The notes: generated by a model not told the origin, from the sequence alone. DNA of 37,504 nucleotides from Ignisphaera sp. (GCA_038889075.1 JAWAHS010000014.1:1-37504), one strand, 5' to 3'. Positions 19,794 through 30,837 are shown, counted from the stretch's first letter. Numbers and translations: made by a program.

Positions 19794-20843
19794 ATAAAAA
19801 CAGTAAATGTTGCAGTTGTGGGCCTCGGCGCAATTGGTCGTAGACATGTAGAGAGCTTGAAGGAATTAGAGCTTGAAGGATATGGTGTTAAGCTTATTGC
19901 TGTAATGGATGTATTAAAGGGCAGAGTTGACGAATTTGCATCTAGATATGGTTGCAGAGGGTACACTACATATGATGATGTTGTTAGAGATCCTGAAATA
20001 GATGTAGTATCTATTGCAACACCGCACTATCTCCATGCTCAGCAGGCAATCTATGCAATGGAGCATAAAAAGCATGTTATTGTGGAGAAGCCTATGGCTA
20101 TAACATTGGCCTCTGCAAAAGAGATGATATTAAAGGCGAGAAAGAATGGCGTCAGACTGGGTGTTGTATACCAGAGACGCTATTCTGAGGCTATCCAGAA
20201 GCTAAGGGAAATGGTATGCAATGGAGTACTTGGAAAGGTATTTCTAGCCGAAGCCTCACTCATGTGGTATCGAGATGAAGAGGACTACTTTCTAAAGGAT
20301 GAGATTGCAAGAAGCTGGAGAGGACTACTAAGTACAGAGGGAGGAGGGTTGCTCATGACTCAAGCAATCCATGTAGTAGACCTTCTAATCTTTTTATTCA
20401 GAGAAGCAGAGGAGGCCTATGGCTACATAGATAATGTATCTCATCCGTCCATAGACGTTGAAGATACGACTACCGCAATAATCAAGTTCAAGAACAGGGT
20501 AACCGCCAGTCTTACAGCATCAATATCATTCCAGCCACCAGACAAACAATACTGGAGAATAAGAGTATTTGGTACCAAAGGATTTGCCGAAGTAGAAAAT
20601 GAAACTTTCACACAAATCCAAGTAAAGGACCAAGCCATAGACCATATAGCCTATGAGAAGAAGAGAGAAAACCTCCACAAAAAATTATTCAAGGACTTTC
20701 TAACTAAACTACAAAATGATGAAGATTTTCCAATAAATGGCGAAGAAGGCTATAAAAGCTTAGAACTTGTGAAAGCGATCTACTACTCTACAATTTTAGC
20801 TAAACCCACAAAAATACCCCTAAATATAAACCTAGTAATATGA
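19794..20843 (+). CDS. Gfo/Idh/MocA family sugar oxidoreductase
   Basis: VAVVGLGAIG, ATPHYLH, VEKPMA, GGGLLMTQAIHVVD and VEDT motifs; start probably ATA 19794 (see findings). Confidence 0.9.
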   Translation: MKTVNVAVVGLGAIGRRHVESLKELELEGYGVKLIAVMDVLKGRVDEFASRYGCRGYTTYDDVVRDPEIDVVSIATPHYLHAQQAIYAMEHKKHVIVEKPMAITLASAKEMILKARKNGVRLGVVYQRRYSEAIQKLREMVCNGVLGKVFLAEASLMWYRDEEDYFLKDEIARSWRGLLSTEGGGLLMTQAIHVVDLLIFLFREAEEAYGYIDNVSHPSIDVEDTTTAIIKFKNRVTASLTASISFQPPDKQYWRIRVFGTKGFAEVENETFTQIQVKDQAIDHIAYEKKRENLHKKLFKDFLTKLQNDEDFPINGEEGYKSLELVKAIYYSTILAKPTKIPLNINLVI

Positions 20844-20914
20844 GCACTACAAAACAATTAGAAATAGTTTATCTATAATAAAATAGATAGGTAAAACAGA
20901 TTAAAGGTGGTTGT

Positions 20915-20949
20915 GTAAAAATTAAAAATTTAAAAAATTTCTTTTTATT
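20915..20949 (-). terminator. Oligo-T terminator after the ABC operon
   Basis: Minus strand reads AAATTTTTTAAATTTTTAATTTTT just after the substrate-binding protein stop, between convergent genes. Confidence 0.5.
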
Positions 20950-23169
20950 CTATTTTCTTTTTATGAACCATCCTATTGCTATTCCTATTATTAGTAGTGC
21001 TATTGCTAGTGCTGTTGTTGTTGTCCATTCTGTTACTGTCTCTGTTTTTGTTGCTGTTGTTGTTGATACTGCTGTAGATGTTACTACTGCTGTTGATGTT
21101 ACTGTTGCCGTTTCTGTTCTAGTAACTGTAACTGTTACAGCACCAGGCACAGGAGTAGGTGTTGGGGTAGGCTTTGGAGTCGGGGTAGGTGTAGGAGATG
21201 GAGTAGGCGAAGGAGTAGGTGTTGGCGTTGGAGTCGGGGTAGGTGTAGGAGATGGTGTTGGTTTTGGTGTTGGTGTGGGAGATGGTGTAGGGGTAGGCGC
21301 AGGTGCTAGTATTGCTGTAACGTCTTTCCAGAATCTGTCATAGGATATCAGTAGTCCACCCATTTCAGTGGGTTTAACCCACCATGGTGTTCGTGGTGTT
21401 TCACCTTTGAGTTTGTTTGCAATACCAAAGAATACTGGGAAGTTTTGGTCGGTGAACGAGTTCGCAGGCCACCACCATGGATTGGTTGCATTAGGCCATC
21501 CTATCCATCGATCTAATCTAATCTGGTACCATGAACCAGCTCTTGAATATACTATGTATGGTAGATCTCTATATAGAATTTCCTGTATCTTGCTTGCAGC
21601 CTTTATCTTCACGTCTTCAAACGGTGATGTCAGCATGTTTATCAGTTTATCCAATTCGCTATTGTTGTACCAAGCATAGTTGTTATATGGAATGTTGATG
21701 CTATGTAGCCTTATATAGTATGTGCTCCATGGAGATGCCCAGTTAGCAGTTATGGTCTCCGATGTATCAGCTACATCCCACTGAGTACCGCCAGTTTGAA
21801 TAATCTGTTGTATTGTTGAAATCGATTGGCGCTGCACATTTACCTCAAAACCTATCTTCTCTAGATTGGCCTTAAATAACTCAGCAAGCATTTCCCTTAC
21901 CGCAGCACCCGATCTTACAAGATAGGTTATACTGAGCTTTGTACCATCTGGAAGCTCTCTTATACCATCACCATTTCTATCGATTATACCGGCCTGCTCT
22001 AGTATCTCCTTCGCCTTCTCAAGATTTGTAGTCAGTACACAGCCTTCGTTACCCCAGTACATTTTACACAGTGTTCTATTGATGTAGCTACTCCATGGAG
22101 GTTCATCAGGTAGCCAAGCCATGGAGGATTTTATCCCTGCACCTGACAGTGCTTTTTCTATGTGTTCATCCCATGGAAATGCATACACCATGGCAAGCCT
22201 AACTTCTCTATACTTTCCTACAACTGGGCTTCTCATATTGAATACCATGAAGTTACCGGTACCTGTTCTATAGTATGGTGGGTTTTTGATATCCCATGTA
22301 TATATTCCGTCCCTAAAGTAATTGTATATATCTGGCATGCCTCCATTCCCATCCCAGTCAAGTTCATTGTTTTGAAGTGCTATAACCCTTGCTTGATCAC
22401 TTGGATAGAACAGTAAGATAAGGTACTTTGGTCCCGGTAATCCAAAGATGTCCCTACCCCACCAATTATCAATACGTTCATAGTAGATCTGACCAGCAGC
22501 TTCATCAAATGATACCAGTCTGTATGGCCCTGAGACAACCATCTTGTCAGGCTCGTTGTTTCTCCACGACTTTACTTGTCCAGATGCGTTTACAGCTTCA
22601 AATACATGTTTGGGATATACCCTTAGTGTAATCCAACAATCTATGAAACTTATATACCCTACTCTACCAAGCTGGTAGGAAGTTCTATTCATCCTTAGCT
22701 CAACTGTTCTATCGTCAATCCTTTTAATTAATTCAACAACATCAGGTCTGCATCCTGATCCAGGTCCTCTACCAGCATATAGACCAAGCCGTATTGTATA
22801 TATCAAGTCATCAGCTGTTATAGGCTTACCATCACTCCACTTTGCTTGAGACCTTATATATATCCTAACGGTATATGGATCAATCCACTCATATTTTTCA
22901 GCCAAAATAGGTACAAATCCTTTTACACCATAGCTTTCCCCCTCTATGAATAGAGTTGGATAGAGAATATTAAGAGGACTAACTGTTGAACCTGCATATT
23001 CATTCCAGTTAAATGCTGTCCTACCCCTACTAAATTTCAGGGTATCTTCTGGTCGATATTGAGCCTGCAGTACTGGTAGTAAGCTTAGAGCAAACATTAA
23101 TACAATTATGATTAGCTCAACTAACTTTTTCACCTGATTTCCCCAAGAAGTTCTTAGAGATAATACCAA
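20950..23169 (-). CDS. oppA: ABC transporter substrate-binding protein, family 5 (Opp/Dpp-type, probably oligosaccharide-binding)
   Basis: Signal peptide; [21 protein letters not shown] and DRNGDGIRE motifs; PT linker, Thr-rich stalk, C-terminal TM. Confidence 0.92.
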   Translation of the reverse strand: MVLSLRTSWGNQVKKLVELIIIVLMFALSLLPVLQAQYRPEDTLKFSRGRTAFNWNEYAGSTVSPLNILYPTLFIEGESYGVKGFVPILAEKYEWIDPYTVRIYIRSQAKWSDGKPITADDLIYTIRLGLYAGRGPGSGCRPDVVELIKRIDDRTVELRMNRTSYQLGRVGYISFIDCWITLRVYPKHVFEAVNASGQVKSWRNNEPDKMVVSGPYRLVSFDEAAGQIYYERIDNWWGRDIFGLPGPKYLILLFYPSDQARVIALQNNELDWDGNGGMPDIYNYFRDGIYTWDIKNPPYYRTGTGNFMVFNMRSPVVGKYREVRLAMVYAFPWDEHIEKALSGAGIKSSMAWLPDEPPWSSYINRTLCKMYWGNEGCVLTTNLEKAKEILEQAGIIDRNGDGIRELPDGTKLSITYLVRSGAAVREMLAELFKANLEKIGFEVNVQRQSISTIQQIIQTGGTQWDVADTSETITANWASPWSTYYIRLHSINIPYNNYAWYNNSELDKLINMLTSPFEDVKIKAASKIQEILYRDLPYIVYSRAGSWYQIRLDRWIGWPNATNPWWWPANSFTDQNFPVFFGIANKLKGETPRTPWWVKPTEMGGLLISYDRFWKDVTAILAPAPTPTPSPTPTPKPTPSPTPTPTPTPTPTPSPTPSPTPTPTPKPTPTPTPVPGAVTVTVTRTETATVTSTAVVTSTAVSTTTATKTETVTEWTTTTALAIALLIIGIAIGWFIKRK
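21150..21300 (-). repeat. Pro-Thr linker low-complexity repeat
   Basis: (PT/PS/PK)n; exact 28-bp duplicate TTGGAGTCGGGGTAGGTGTAGGAGATGG at 21174-21201 and 21228-21255. Confidence 0.85.
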
Positions 23170-23261
23170 GCTATATAAATTTTAATGCCAGCCTTTAACA
23201 GGTTTAATTTCCAAATCCACGTTATTTAAAGATATCAGCATACTACAATAAAAAGGCATAT

Positions 23262-24074
23262 CTATTCTATATCGCTCCATTTACGATAGATACTTGGTAT
23301 GCTATCGATCAGCATTTTGGTGTATTTATGTTTTGGATTTCTTACTACCTCTTCGGGAGAACCTCCATCAACTATCTCACCTTTGTACATCACGAGGATT
23401 CTATCTGATATTGCGTACGCTAGGTTCATATCATGAGTTATGAAGAGTACTGATGTGTTATATGTTTCTCTTAGATTATAAAACAACTTCATTATATCTC
23501 CCCTCAGTGAAGCATCTATCATTGAGACAGGTTCGTCTGCTACTACAAGCCTAGGCTTTATTATGAAGCATCTTGCTATCAGTATCCTTTGTCTTTGCCC
23601 ACCTGAAAGCTGATGAGGATACTTACCTAGAATTTCTTCTGGATTAAGTCCAACATGCCTTAGGCTTTCAACAACCATTCTACGTCCATGCGCATCATTC
23701 GGATCTACTCCTATAAGTTTTAGAGCTTGGTATAGTATTCTGTCAACTTTATAAGATGGGTTAAAAGTTGAGTACGGGTCTTGAAATACTGGCTGGACAT
23801 TTCTCCAGTATTCAATCAACTCTTTAGAATTTCGAATATCCCTCCATATATCTTTCCCACCAAATTTTATCGTTCCCGATGTTGGGGGTATTAATCTTAG
23901 AATTATTTTTGCTATTGTTGATTTTCCGGAACCGGATTCACCAACAAGGGCTAGTATCTCTTTTTTCATAATGTCAAAGGACACATTATTGACCGCTACA
24001 GTATGCATCTTCCTAATAAGTCCCGTCTCGTAAACCTTTGTTAGGTTTTTTACCTCTAGTAATACATCTCCCAT
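23262..24074 (-). CDS. oppF: ABC transporter ATP-binding protein (OppF/DppF)
   Basis: GESGSGKST, LSGGQRQR, ADEPVSMID. Confidence 0.93.
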   Translation of the reverse strand: MGDVLLEVKNLTKVYETGLIRKMHTVAVNNVSFDIMKKEILALVGESGSGKSTIAKIILRLIPPTSGTIKFGGKDIWRDIRNSKELIEYWRNVQPVFQDPYSTFNPSYKVDRILYQALKLIGVDPNDAHGRRMVVESLRHVGLNPEEILGKYPHQLSGGQRQRILIARCFIIKPRLVVADEPVSMIDASLRGDIMKLFYNLRETYNTSVLFITHDMNLAYAISDRILVMYKGEIVDGGSPEEVVRNPKHKYTKMLIDSIPSIYRKWSDIE

Positions 24075-24086
24075 ATAAACACCTGG

Positions 24087-25109
24087 CTACTTCTTTACAT
24101 AAAGCCAGCAAGCAACAAAACGATTACTCTCAATATGTATCATTGGCGGTTCTTCTCTTCTACACACATTCATAGCATATGGACATCTTGGGTGGAATCT
24201 ACATCCAGTTGGTGGTTCTGCTAAATTTGGCGGAGCTCCAGCTACTGATGTAAATTCCTTCTTCATTCTGCTACCTCCATAGTATAGTACCTCTGCTACA
24301 TCTGGTATTGATCTGATGAGTAGTGAAGAATATGGATGGTACGGCTTCTCTATGAATTCTTCAGTGGGTGCCTCCTCGACTATCTTTCCTGCATACATGA
24401 CATTAAATCTGGTAGCTATCTGTCTTGCAGCCCCAATTTCATGTGTTATAAATATTATGCTACCTACATAACCCTGTTTTTTTAAGTCTAGTATGGTCTT
24501 TAGCACTATTTTCTGAGTCGAAACATCTAGTGCTGATGTAGGCTCATCAGCTATCATTATGCTAGGGCCTAGCATTGCAACAAGGCCTAGCACTACCCTC
24601 TGTCTCATGCCACCGCTTAACTCAAATGGATATCTATCAACCACGTCACCGGGTAAACCAATGGATTGAAAGATCTTTGATGCACGCTCTACTACCTTCT
24701 CCTCTTCAACATTCTCGAAGTGAGACTTCATTATATCCATGATTATTCTCCTAATCCTCAGCGTGGGTGTGAGTGCGTTCATAGCAAACTGAGGTACAAG
24801 TGCCATTTCTACACCCCATACATACCTTCTTAGCATATCCCTTGAGAGTTTGTGTAGCTCTAATTCCTTACCATTCTTTGCACGTAGAATAACACTACCA
24901 CTTATGTACTGTAACGGTGGAGAGAAATCCGCTAAAATAGCCCTTGCCAATGTTGATTTGCCACAGCCACTCTCACCAATAATCCCTACAATCTCATTAC
25001 TTCTAACCGTTAAATTCACATTGTCAACCGCTTTTACATAAATCTTCTTACCAGCCAATATCTGGATATAGTATGCCTTTAGGTTTTCTATCCTCAGAAC
25101 TTCGCTCAA
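24087..25109 (-). CDS. oppD: ABC transporter ATP-binding protein (OppD/DppD)
   Basis: GESGCGKST, LSGGMRQR, HPYS and GCRFHPRCP..C..VACW tail. Confidence 0.93.
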   Translation of the reverse strand: MSEVLRIENLKAYYIQILAGKKIYVKAVDNVNLTVRSNEIVGIIGESGCGKSTLARAILADFSPPLQYISGSVILRAKNGKELELHKLSRDMLRRYVWGVEMALVPQFAMNALTPTLRIRRIIMDIMKSHFENVEEEKVVERASKIFQSIGLPGDVVDRYPFELSGGMRQRVVLGLVAMLGPSIMIADEPTSALDVSTQKIVLKTILDLKKQGYVGSIIFITHEIGAARQIATRFNVMYAGKIVEEAPTEEFIEKPYHPYSSLLIRSIPDVAEVLYYGGSRMKKEFTSVAGAPPNLAEPPTGCRFHPRCPYAMNVCRREEPPMIHIESNRFVACWLYVKK

Positions 25110-25118
25110 ACCCCATCC

Positions 25119-26012
25119 CTAGGCCTTTCTTAGTCTAGGATTGAATATCTCATCAATAGCTGTCGAAATTAGTAGCATAGATATGGCCACCAGCATTATG
25201 ATGAGACCTGGTGGAACAAACCACCACCACGCACCTCTCCTTATACCTCCATAAGTATTTGACTGAGAGAACATTATACCTAGTGAATATCCCTTAGATG
25301 GCTGTAGCCCTAGCAAACTCAGTGTTGCTTCACCAACCATACCATTGTCTATGTGGCCTGCAAAGAAAATCACTATATATGCAGCAACGGCTGGTAACAT
25401 ATCTTCCAAAACTATCCTTATAGTGCTATAGCCTGCAACCCTAGACATGTTTATGAAGTCCTCCTCTCTCAAGCTTAGCAATCTTGCTCTTAAACCCCTA
25501 GCAAAACCAGCCCAGCCTGTACCACCCAGCACCAATGCTATAACTTCATAACTTTTAACAGGTGCATAGAAGGCTATTATAAGTGCGAGGAGTGTTGACG
25601 GTACTGATAGCAGAAAGCTGATTATGGCGGTAATAATATCATCGACTATCCCTCCAAAAGCTACGGAAAGAGCTGCAGCTATGACTCCTATTAATGTCGC
25701 TATTGCCGCTGTTAGAAATCCTACATATAGAGATGTCCTTGTACCAATCATTAATGCGGCCAGCACGTCTCGACCAAGAGCATCTGTACCCAGTGGATAT
25801 TCGGAGCTTGGTGGCATAAGTGGTCTGCCAGCAGTGCTTAGAGGATCTTTTGGATAGAATATGGGTCCTATTAAACCGAATAGTGCTATAGCCAAGATTA
25901 TTACAAACCCTATTAGAAATCTAGGAGCTCTGAGTAGCAATTGCAATGATTCAGGTATTTTTACTTTCTTGATAGTCATACTCATCATATATTTCACCAA
26001 ATGGGTATCCAC
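25119..26012 (-). CDS. oppC: ABC transporter permease (OppC/DppC)
   Basis: PLGTDALGRDV, WWWFVPPG, IFNPRLR. Confidence 0.92.
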   Translation of the reverse strand: MDTHLVKYMMSMTIKKVKIPESLQLLLRAPRFLIGFVIILAIALFGLIGPIFYPKDPLSTAGRPLMPPSSEYPLGTDALGRDVLAALMIGTRTSLYVGFLTAAIATLIGVIAAALSVAFGGIVDDIITAIISFLLSVPSTLLALIIAFYAPVKSYEVIALVLGGTGWAGFARGLRARLLSLREEDFINMSRVAGYSTIRIVLEDMLPAVAAYIVIFFAGHIDNGMVGEATLSLLGLQPSKGYSLGIMFSQSNTYGGIRRGAWWWFVPPGLIIMLVAISMLLISTAIDEIFNPRLRKA

Positions 26013-26015
26013 CTA

Positions 26016-27053
26016 CTATTGTTTAACATATCCCAATCTTACACGCGGATCTATGATCATGTGGACAAGATCTGAAATAAATATCGCTAGATAGACTGTA
26101 GCAACAAGTATTACAAATATACCTTGCAGTAACATGTAATCGTTATTTGATACAGCCTGGGCCATGTAGTACCCCATACCAGGGTAGCTAAATAGAGCTT
26201 CTACTAGTGCGGCTCCCGCAACAGTTCTGCCTAACCTTATGGAGAGCCCAACTATTTGAGGCATTACAGCATTCCTAAAGGCATATTTTCTTACCACCTT
26301 CTCTCGGAGCCCTATGTAATCCCCGAATACCGTGTAATCAGATTTCAATTCATATATAATCAAATTTCTCATTGTTAGTACCTGTCCACATAAATATGGG
26401 ACGGTAATGGCCGTGAATGGTAAAATATAGTGTTTTAACACATTTAGTGCATAGTCGATACTCAGTGATGGAGGTACTGTAGGATCATAAGCCCTACCTG
26501 ACGGTAGTAGCCTTAGGTATACAGCAAACCCATAGATGAGTAGCATTGCAAGCCAGTATGATGGTATTTGAGCTATAGTTGACGAAAATACTACCGAGAA
26601 TTTCTCGAAAATTGAACCACGTTTAAAACCTGTTCTCGCTCCCCATAGGTTTCCTAGATACCATCCGATAAGAGATGAAGGAATGAGCAAGAATAGTGTC
26701 CAGGGTAAAGATCCCATAATTACGTCTAGCACTCTACTTGGATAGAGCCATATCGAGGTTCCTAGATCACCCCTGAATGCTTTAACTAGAAAATCTACAT
26801 ACTGTTCCCACAAAGGTTTTCCAAACCCAAACTCTTCAATCATCGCTTTATATTGCTTCGGTACAAGATCTGGATTTGTTAAGTATCCATACTGTTCTAC
26901 TACCTGCTCTACATATATCGCTACAGGGTTAGATGGTATTAGTCTAGGAAGAGCGAAGAGAACTGATAATGTAATTAAATACATTATGCCGAGAGTGGCT
27001 AACCTCTTAAGCATATAAAATAAGAACGGTGCAATACTAATTTTAGTCATCAA
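26016..27053 (-). CDS. oppB: ABC transporter permease (OppB/DppB)
   Basis: PLWEQY, GDLGTS, VEALFSYPGMG, IDPRVR. Confidence 0.92.
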   Translation of the reverse strand: MMTKISIAPFLFYMLKRLATLGIMYLITLSVLFALPRLIPSNPVAIYVEQVVEQYGYLTNPDLVPKQYKAMIEEFGFGKPLWEQYVDFLVKAFRGDLGTSIWLYPSRVLDVIMGSLPWTLFLLIPSSLIGWYLGNLWGARTGFKRGSIFEKFSVVFSSTIAQIPSYWLAMLLIYGFAVYLRLLPSGRAYDPTVPPSLSIDYALNVLKHYILPFTAITVPYLCGQVLTMRNLIIYELKSDYTVFGDYIGLREKVVRKYAFRNAVMPQIVGLSIRLGRTVAGAALVEALFSYPGMGYYMAQAVSNNDYMLLQGIFVILVATVYLAIFISDLVHMIIDPRVRLGYVKQ

Positions 27054-27891
27054 AACCCCCAGCTGTGCCTCTATTTTATTAGAGGTTTAGACAGTGTAAT
27101 AAATTTTTAGCAAGTTTACCAGTGTTTACGATAATCTAAGATAAACTTACAGCATCTACAATGTTGATATATATTAAACATAGATTAGCTCTGCACAATA
27201 TTTTTCTATTTTCTATATACCACAGATTGCTGCTCCACGCAGTTTAGTAACGATTTAAACATAAATAGATAGAAATTATTTTAATTGGTAACACTTTTAT
27301 GTAGACCATAACGAATTTTGTAACATTCTTGTTAACGAGGCTTAACACATCGGTAGTGTTAGGATATGTAATGACTATAAAATAAATAGAATATATACTG
27401 TGGCGGACACCGTTAGTTGCTAAGGCTATAGCTGTGGTCACCCTACCCCTTCATACAATTAATACCTCTTTGCAGTAGCGAGAATAAAGCTGCATATCTA
27501 TCAATAAAAATTCATACAGTACTCTCTACTGGCCAAATTCTAAGGCACGGTAGATCTCAATCCTAGTACGAATCTATATGGAATCATTAAAGAAGGTGGC
27601 CTAATCTTGAGACACCTATAGTTGGGCTTACACTAGCTAAATATTAAATCCAATTCCAGTGCAGTAACTGTATGCAACAATATCCATGGTCAGACCTAGA
27701 TTAAAGGCTAACCTCAAGGGCTAGATGACAATGCCAAAGATTTTGAGAGAGATGAAATAAAGGGAATGCTTATGTAGTTGTAGAGGTTGAGAAAAAGAAA
27801 ATGGATTAATAGTTAGCTTTTTTGTAATAGTTTTATAGGTCTCTCACCTAATATTGCTCTGAAGAGTAGAGAAATTTCTGGCGGTCTGTAT

Positions 27892-28632
27892 ATGAGTGTC
27901 ATCCATATTGTTGGCGAGAATCTTCCTGAGGTTTGGGAACAGAGTTTGGTTATGCTTTCTGAAGTTGGTAGAGTGATTGATACTGAATACGGTGAAAGGT
28001 CTATCGATGCACCTGCAGTACTGATTGTGAGGAACCCCTTTGCAGAACCCAGGGTGCATTTAAAGGGTATTGTAGCAGGTTCCCTCAAGGGACTTCTCGA
28101 ATATGTTGATGAAGTTGTTAGGGGTGTGCATGACTATCTAGCTGATAAATTCGGCTACACCTACCACGAGAGACTCTTCAGCTATAGGCTTCCAAACGAC
28201 TCTGTAGTGGATCAGATTGCAAAGGTTATTGAGAAGCTTAGGAAGGTTCCCTATACCAGAAGGGCACAGGCAATAACATGGCAGCCTTGGAAGGATCTAG
28301 AAACCGAACACCCACCATGTCTACAGAGAATGTGGTTTAGAGTCGTAGATGGTAGACTGGCTATGCATGTACATATGAGAAGTAACGATGCATTTAAAGC
28401 TGCTTATATGAACATGTATGCCTTTACAGAGCTTCAAAAGTATGTAGCTGAGCATATAGGTGTTGAGGTAGGCTACTATATGCATGTAGCGGACTCCTAC
28501 CATGTATATGAAAAGGATTGGAAGTGGTTTAAAACATTTGTAGAGCAGGTAAAGAGTGGAGATTCGAGGAAGAGATGGGTATCAACACAAGAATATCTAG
28601 AAATGATAAGAAAGTTGGGTAGGCATAGCTAA
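27892..28632 (+). CDS. thyA: Thymidylate synthase, archaeal ThyA type
   Basis: YTYHERL, TRRAQA, HPPCLQ (catalytic Cys), MRSNDA..N and SYHVYE motifs. Confidence 0.85.
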   Translation: MSVIHIVGENLPEVWEQSLVMLSEVGRVIDTEYGERSIDAPAVLIVRNPFAEPRVHLKGIVAGSLKGLLEYVDEVVRGVHDYLADKFGYTYHERLFSYRLPNDSVVDQIAKVIEKLRKVPYTRRAQAITWQPWKDLETEHPPCLQRMWFRVVDGRLAMHVHMRSNDAFKAAYMNMYAFTELQKYVAEHIGVEVGYYMHVADSYHVYEKDWKWFKTFVEQVKSGDSRKRWVSTQEYLEMIRKLGRHS

Positions 28633-28888
28633 CTCTACTCTTCAATATATATACCTGATGGTTATAGGCTTTTCTGTTTCTGGAATGTCGTAGATTTCAA
28701 CAGGTTTTCTACATCCTTAGAGTCACTTATATGTGCTTACATACCAATGGTTAGCACTACTATGGCTAGGTTTATAGATATCAAAATTCATCAAATCCAA
28801 AAGTGGACTACTTCCTACGACTTATAAAAGGGAGGATAGAGCGTGTGTACAGAATAGGTAGGTCTGAAAATGGGGTTGGTGAAAATAT

Positions 28889-29740
28889 ATGTGTAGACAG
28901 ATTATAGTGATAGGCAATGGTGGAAGCATAAATAGTGTTAGAATTCCTCTCATTAGAAGCCTAATTAAATCCTCTAGATATGATCCCCATAGCATTGCTC
29001 TTTTTGGTTCCTCCGATGCTAGCCATTCTGATGGATGGGGTATTGTAAGGATAATTCTCACACCCTCTGGTGTGGAGAGGGTAGTTATCGAAAGATCGTC
29101 GAAGCCGATATACGAAGATGCATGGGCGGAGTATCTTGAAGAAAAGAGGTTTCCAGAGGAGGTTGGTGTAGTAGAGATGATTCACGCTAGAGCTGCTTCG
29201 AGTGGTATAGTGGATATTCGGAATACACACCCTATTGAGACCAGCACTAGAATGGGATATAGACTGTTTCTGGTTCACAATGGTTCTGTAGATAAATTAG
29301 GTTTGCTTAAGAGGCTGGGGATAGATGGAGAGAGTAGCTATGCTAAGATATATAGCGATACCTATTTCTTGGCCCAGCTAATGGCATCGCTAATAGAGTA
29401 TGATATTAGTAAAGGAGTGGTATTTGATGTAGCTAGATACACTAGAACAGCTCTTAACATAGGAGCTATTCTGGTTAAGGATAGAGAGATTCAGATGCTA
29501 GTTGGTAGCTACTATAAGGTATTCGATAAACCTATTGAAAGAAGAAACTACTACAAGATGTACAGAGCCTATAGCGACTCTCTAATTCTCTACACTTCAT
29601 CAACACTGATAGACTTCTACAAACCTGAGATAGATCTTGAATGGATTGAGATGCCGAATGGATTCTTTGAAATCCACAAACTCAAATTCGGTGAAAAATT
29701 TGAAATAGAAAAGGTATCGGAGTTTTTAATTGAAGAATAG
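28889..29740 (+). CDS. Class II (Ntn) glutamine amidotransferase-like protein
   Basis: N-terminal MCR; HSDGWG, HARAAS, NTHP, HNGS and SDT motifs; SD GGTGA. Confidence 0.88.
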   Translation: MCRQIIVIGNGGSINSVRIPLIRSLIKSSRYDPHSIALFGSSDASHSDGWGIVRIILTPSGVERVVIERSSKPIYEDAWAEYLEEKRFPEEVGVVEMIHARAASSGIVDIRNTHPIETSTRMGYRLFLVHNGSVDKLGLLKRLGIDGESSYAKIYSDTYFLAQLMASLIEYDISKGVVFDVARYTRTALNIGAILVKDREIQMLVGSYYKVFDKPIERRNYYKMYRAYSDSLILYTSSTLIDFYKPEIDLEWIEMPNGFFEIHKLKFGEKFEIEKVSEFLIEE

Positions 29741-30108
29741 CCAATGGAAGGTCCGTGATGGGGTTAAAATCTGTATTTTAGACCCCTTGAACACACGTAC
29801 ATTTATAGCATTCCTATACAGTACATTCTCGGCCATTTCTAGGGTATCATGTACATTCTTTGAGATTGGAAGTAATTCTAAAGCTTATCTAATTTCATTC
29901 CTTAAGTTAGCCAAATGGTATTATTGAAAATGTTTGCGTGAGGCCTACAGCTAAATAGTTGTAGTTATGGCAGATTCAGCCAATGCTGTGTAGTTTATTT
30001 GGCGATGGTATATCTCCACTGCATTGTGTTTCTCATCTCTTACTATATATCTAGGCTTTTCCATTGTCTGTATTCTTTCAAGCTCTGTATTTAAATGGTG
30101 AGAATAGG

Positions 30109-30837
30109 CTAAACCTTGTTTCTATTTTCTATGCATAGGCTTGGGTGTGTGGTTTTAAGTGTTTGAGTGGTCTCTTCAAGATCCTTTATGGTATCTATTG
30201 ATTTCCAGAAGACGTCTCGGTATACATATCCTTTTAGAAGCTTTTTGCCTGCAAGGAGTGGAAAGGCTGTTCTTTCTATATCTCCTTTCTCAGGTAGGTA
30301 CTCGAAGATCTTAGACTTCATTAGATATACGCCTGCATTTATTGTATATTCTATTATAGGCTTTTCAATGAACTCGGTAACGTACTCTCCATCAATTTTA
30401 ACTATGCCGTAAGGGCTCCTCATATAGACGAGCGCTATAACAGCTACACTGCTATCTCTTATCAAAGTCTGCATTTCGAGTGGGTTTAGGTTTGTAACTA
30501 TATCCCCGTTTACAACGAGAAAAATATCTTCATTTCTGAGAATCTGCTCAGCATTCTTAATAGCTCCACCTGTACCGAGAGGTTCATCCTCAATTACATA
30601 GCTGATGTTTACACCGAATTTCCTACCACTTCCAAAGTAGTCTATAACCTTCTCCTTAGCATAGCCAAGGAGAAACACAATCTCGTTAACCCCATAGTTC
30701 TTCAGCCACAGAATCTGCCACTCAGCTAGTGGTCTACCACATATCTCAACCATAGACTTTGGTCTATCCTCTGTCAAAGGTCTTAGCCTTTTACCAAGAC
30801 CTCCAGCAAGTATAACAGCCTTCAAGAATCTCACCAT
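30109..30837 (-). CDS. NDP-sugar pyrophosphorylase family nucleotidyltransferase
   Basis: AVILAGGLGKRLRPLT..PK, EPLGTGGA, NGD, EKP, INAGVY. Confidence 0.92.
   Translation of the reverse strand: MVRFLKAVILAGGLGKRLRPLTEDRPKSMVEICGRPLAEWQILWLKNYGVNEIVFLLGYAKEKVIDYFGSGRKFGVNISYVIEDEPLGTGGAIKNAEQILRNEDIFLVVNGDIVTNLNPLEMQTLIRDSSVAVIALVYMRSPYGIVKIDGEYVTEFIEKPIIEYTINAGVYLMKSKIFEYLPEKGDIERTAFPLLAGKKLLKGYVYRDVFWKSIDTIKDLEETTQTLKTTHPSLCIENRNKV

Noticed and set aside
20963-21343. Val/Gly-rich plus-strand ORF
   Set aside because: Antisense shadow of the PT/Thr-rich linker of the substrate-binding protein
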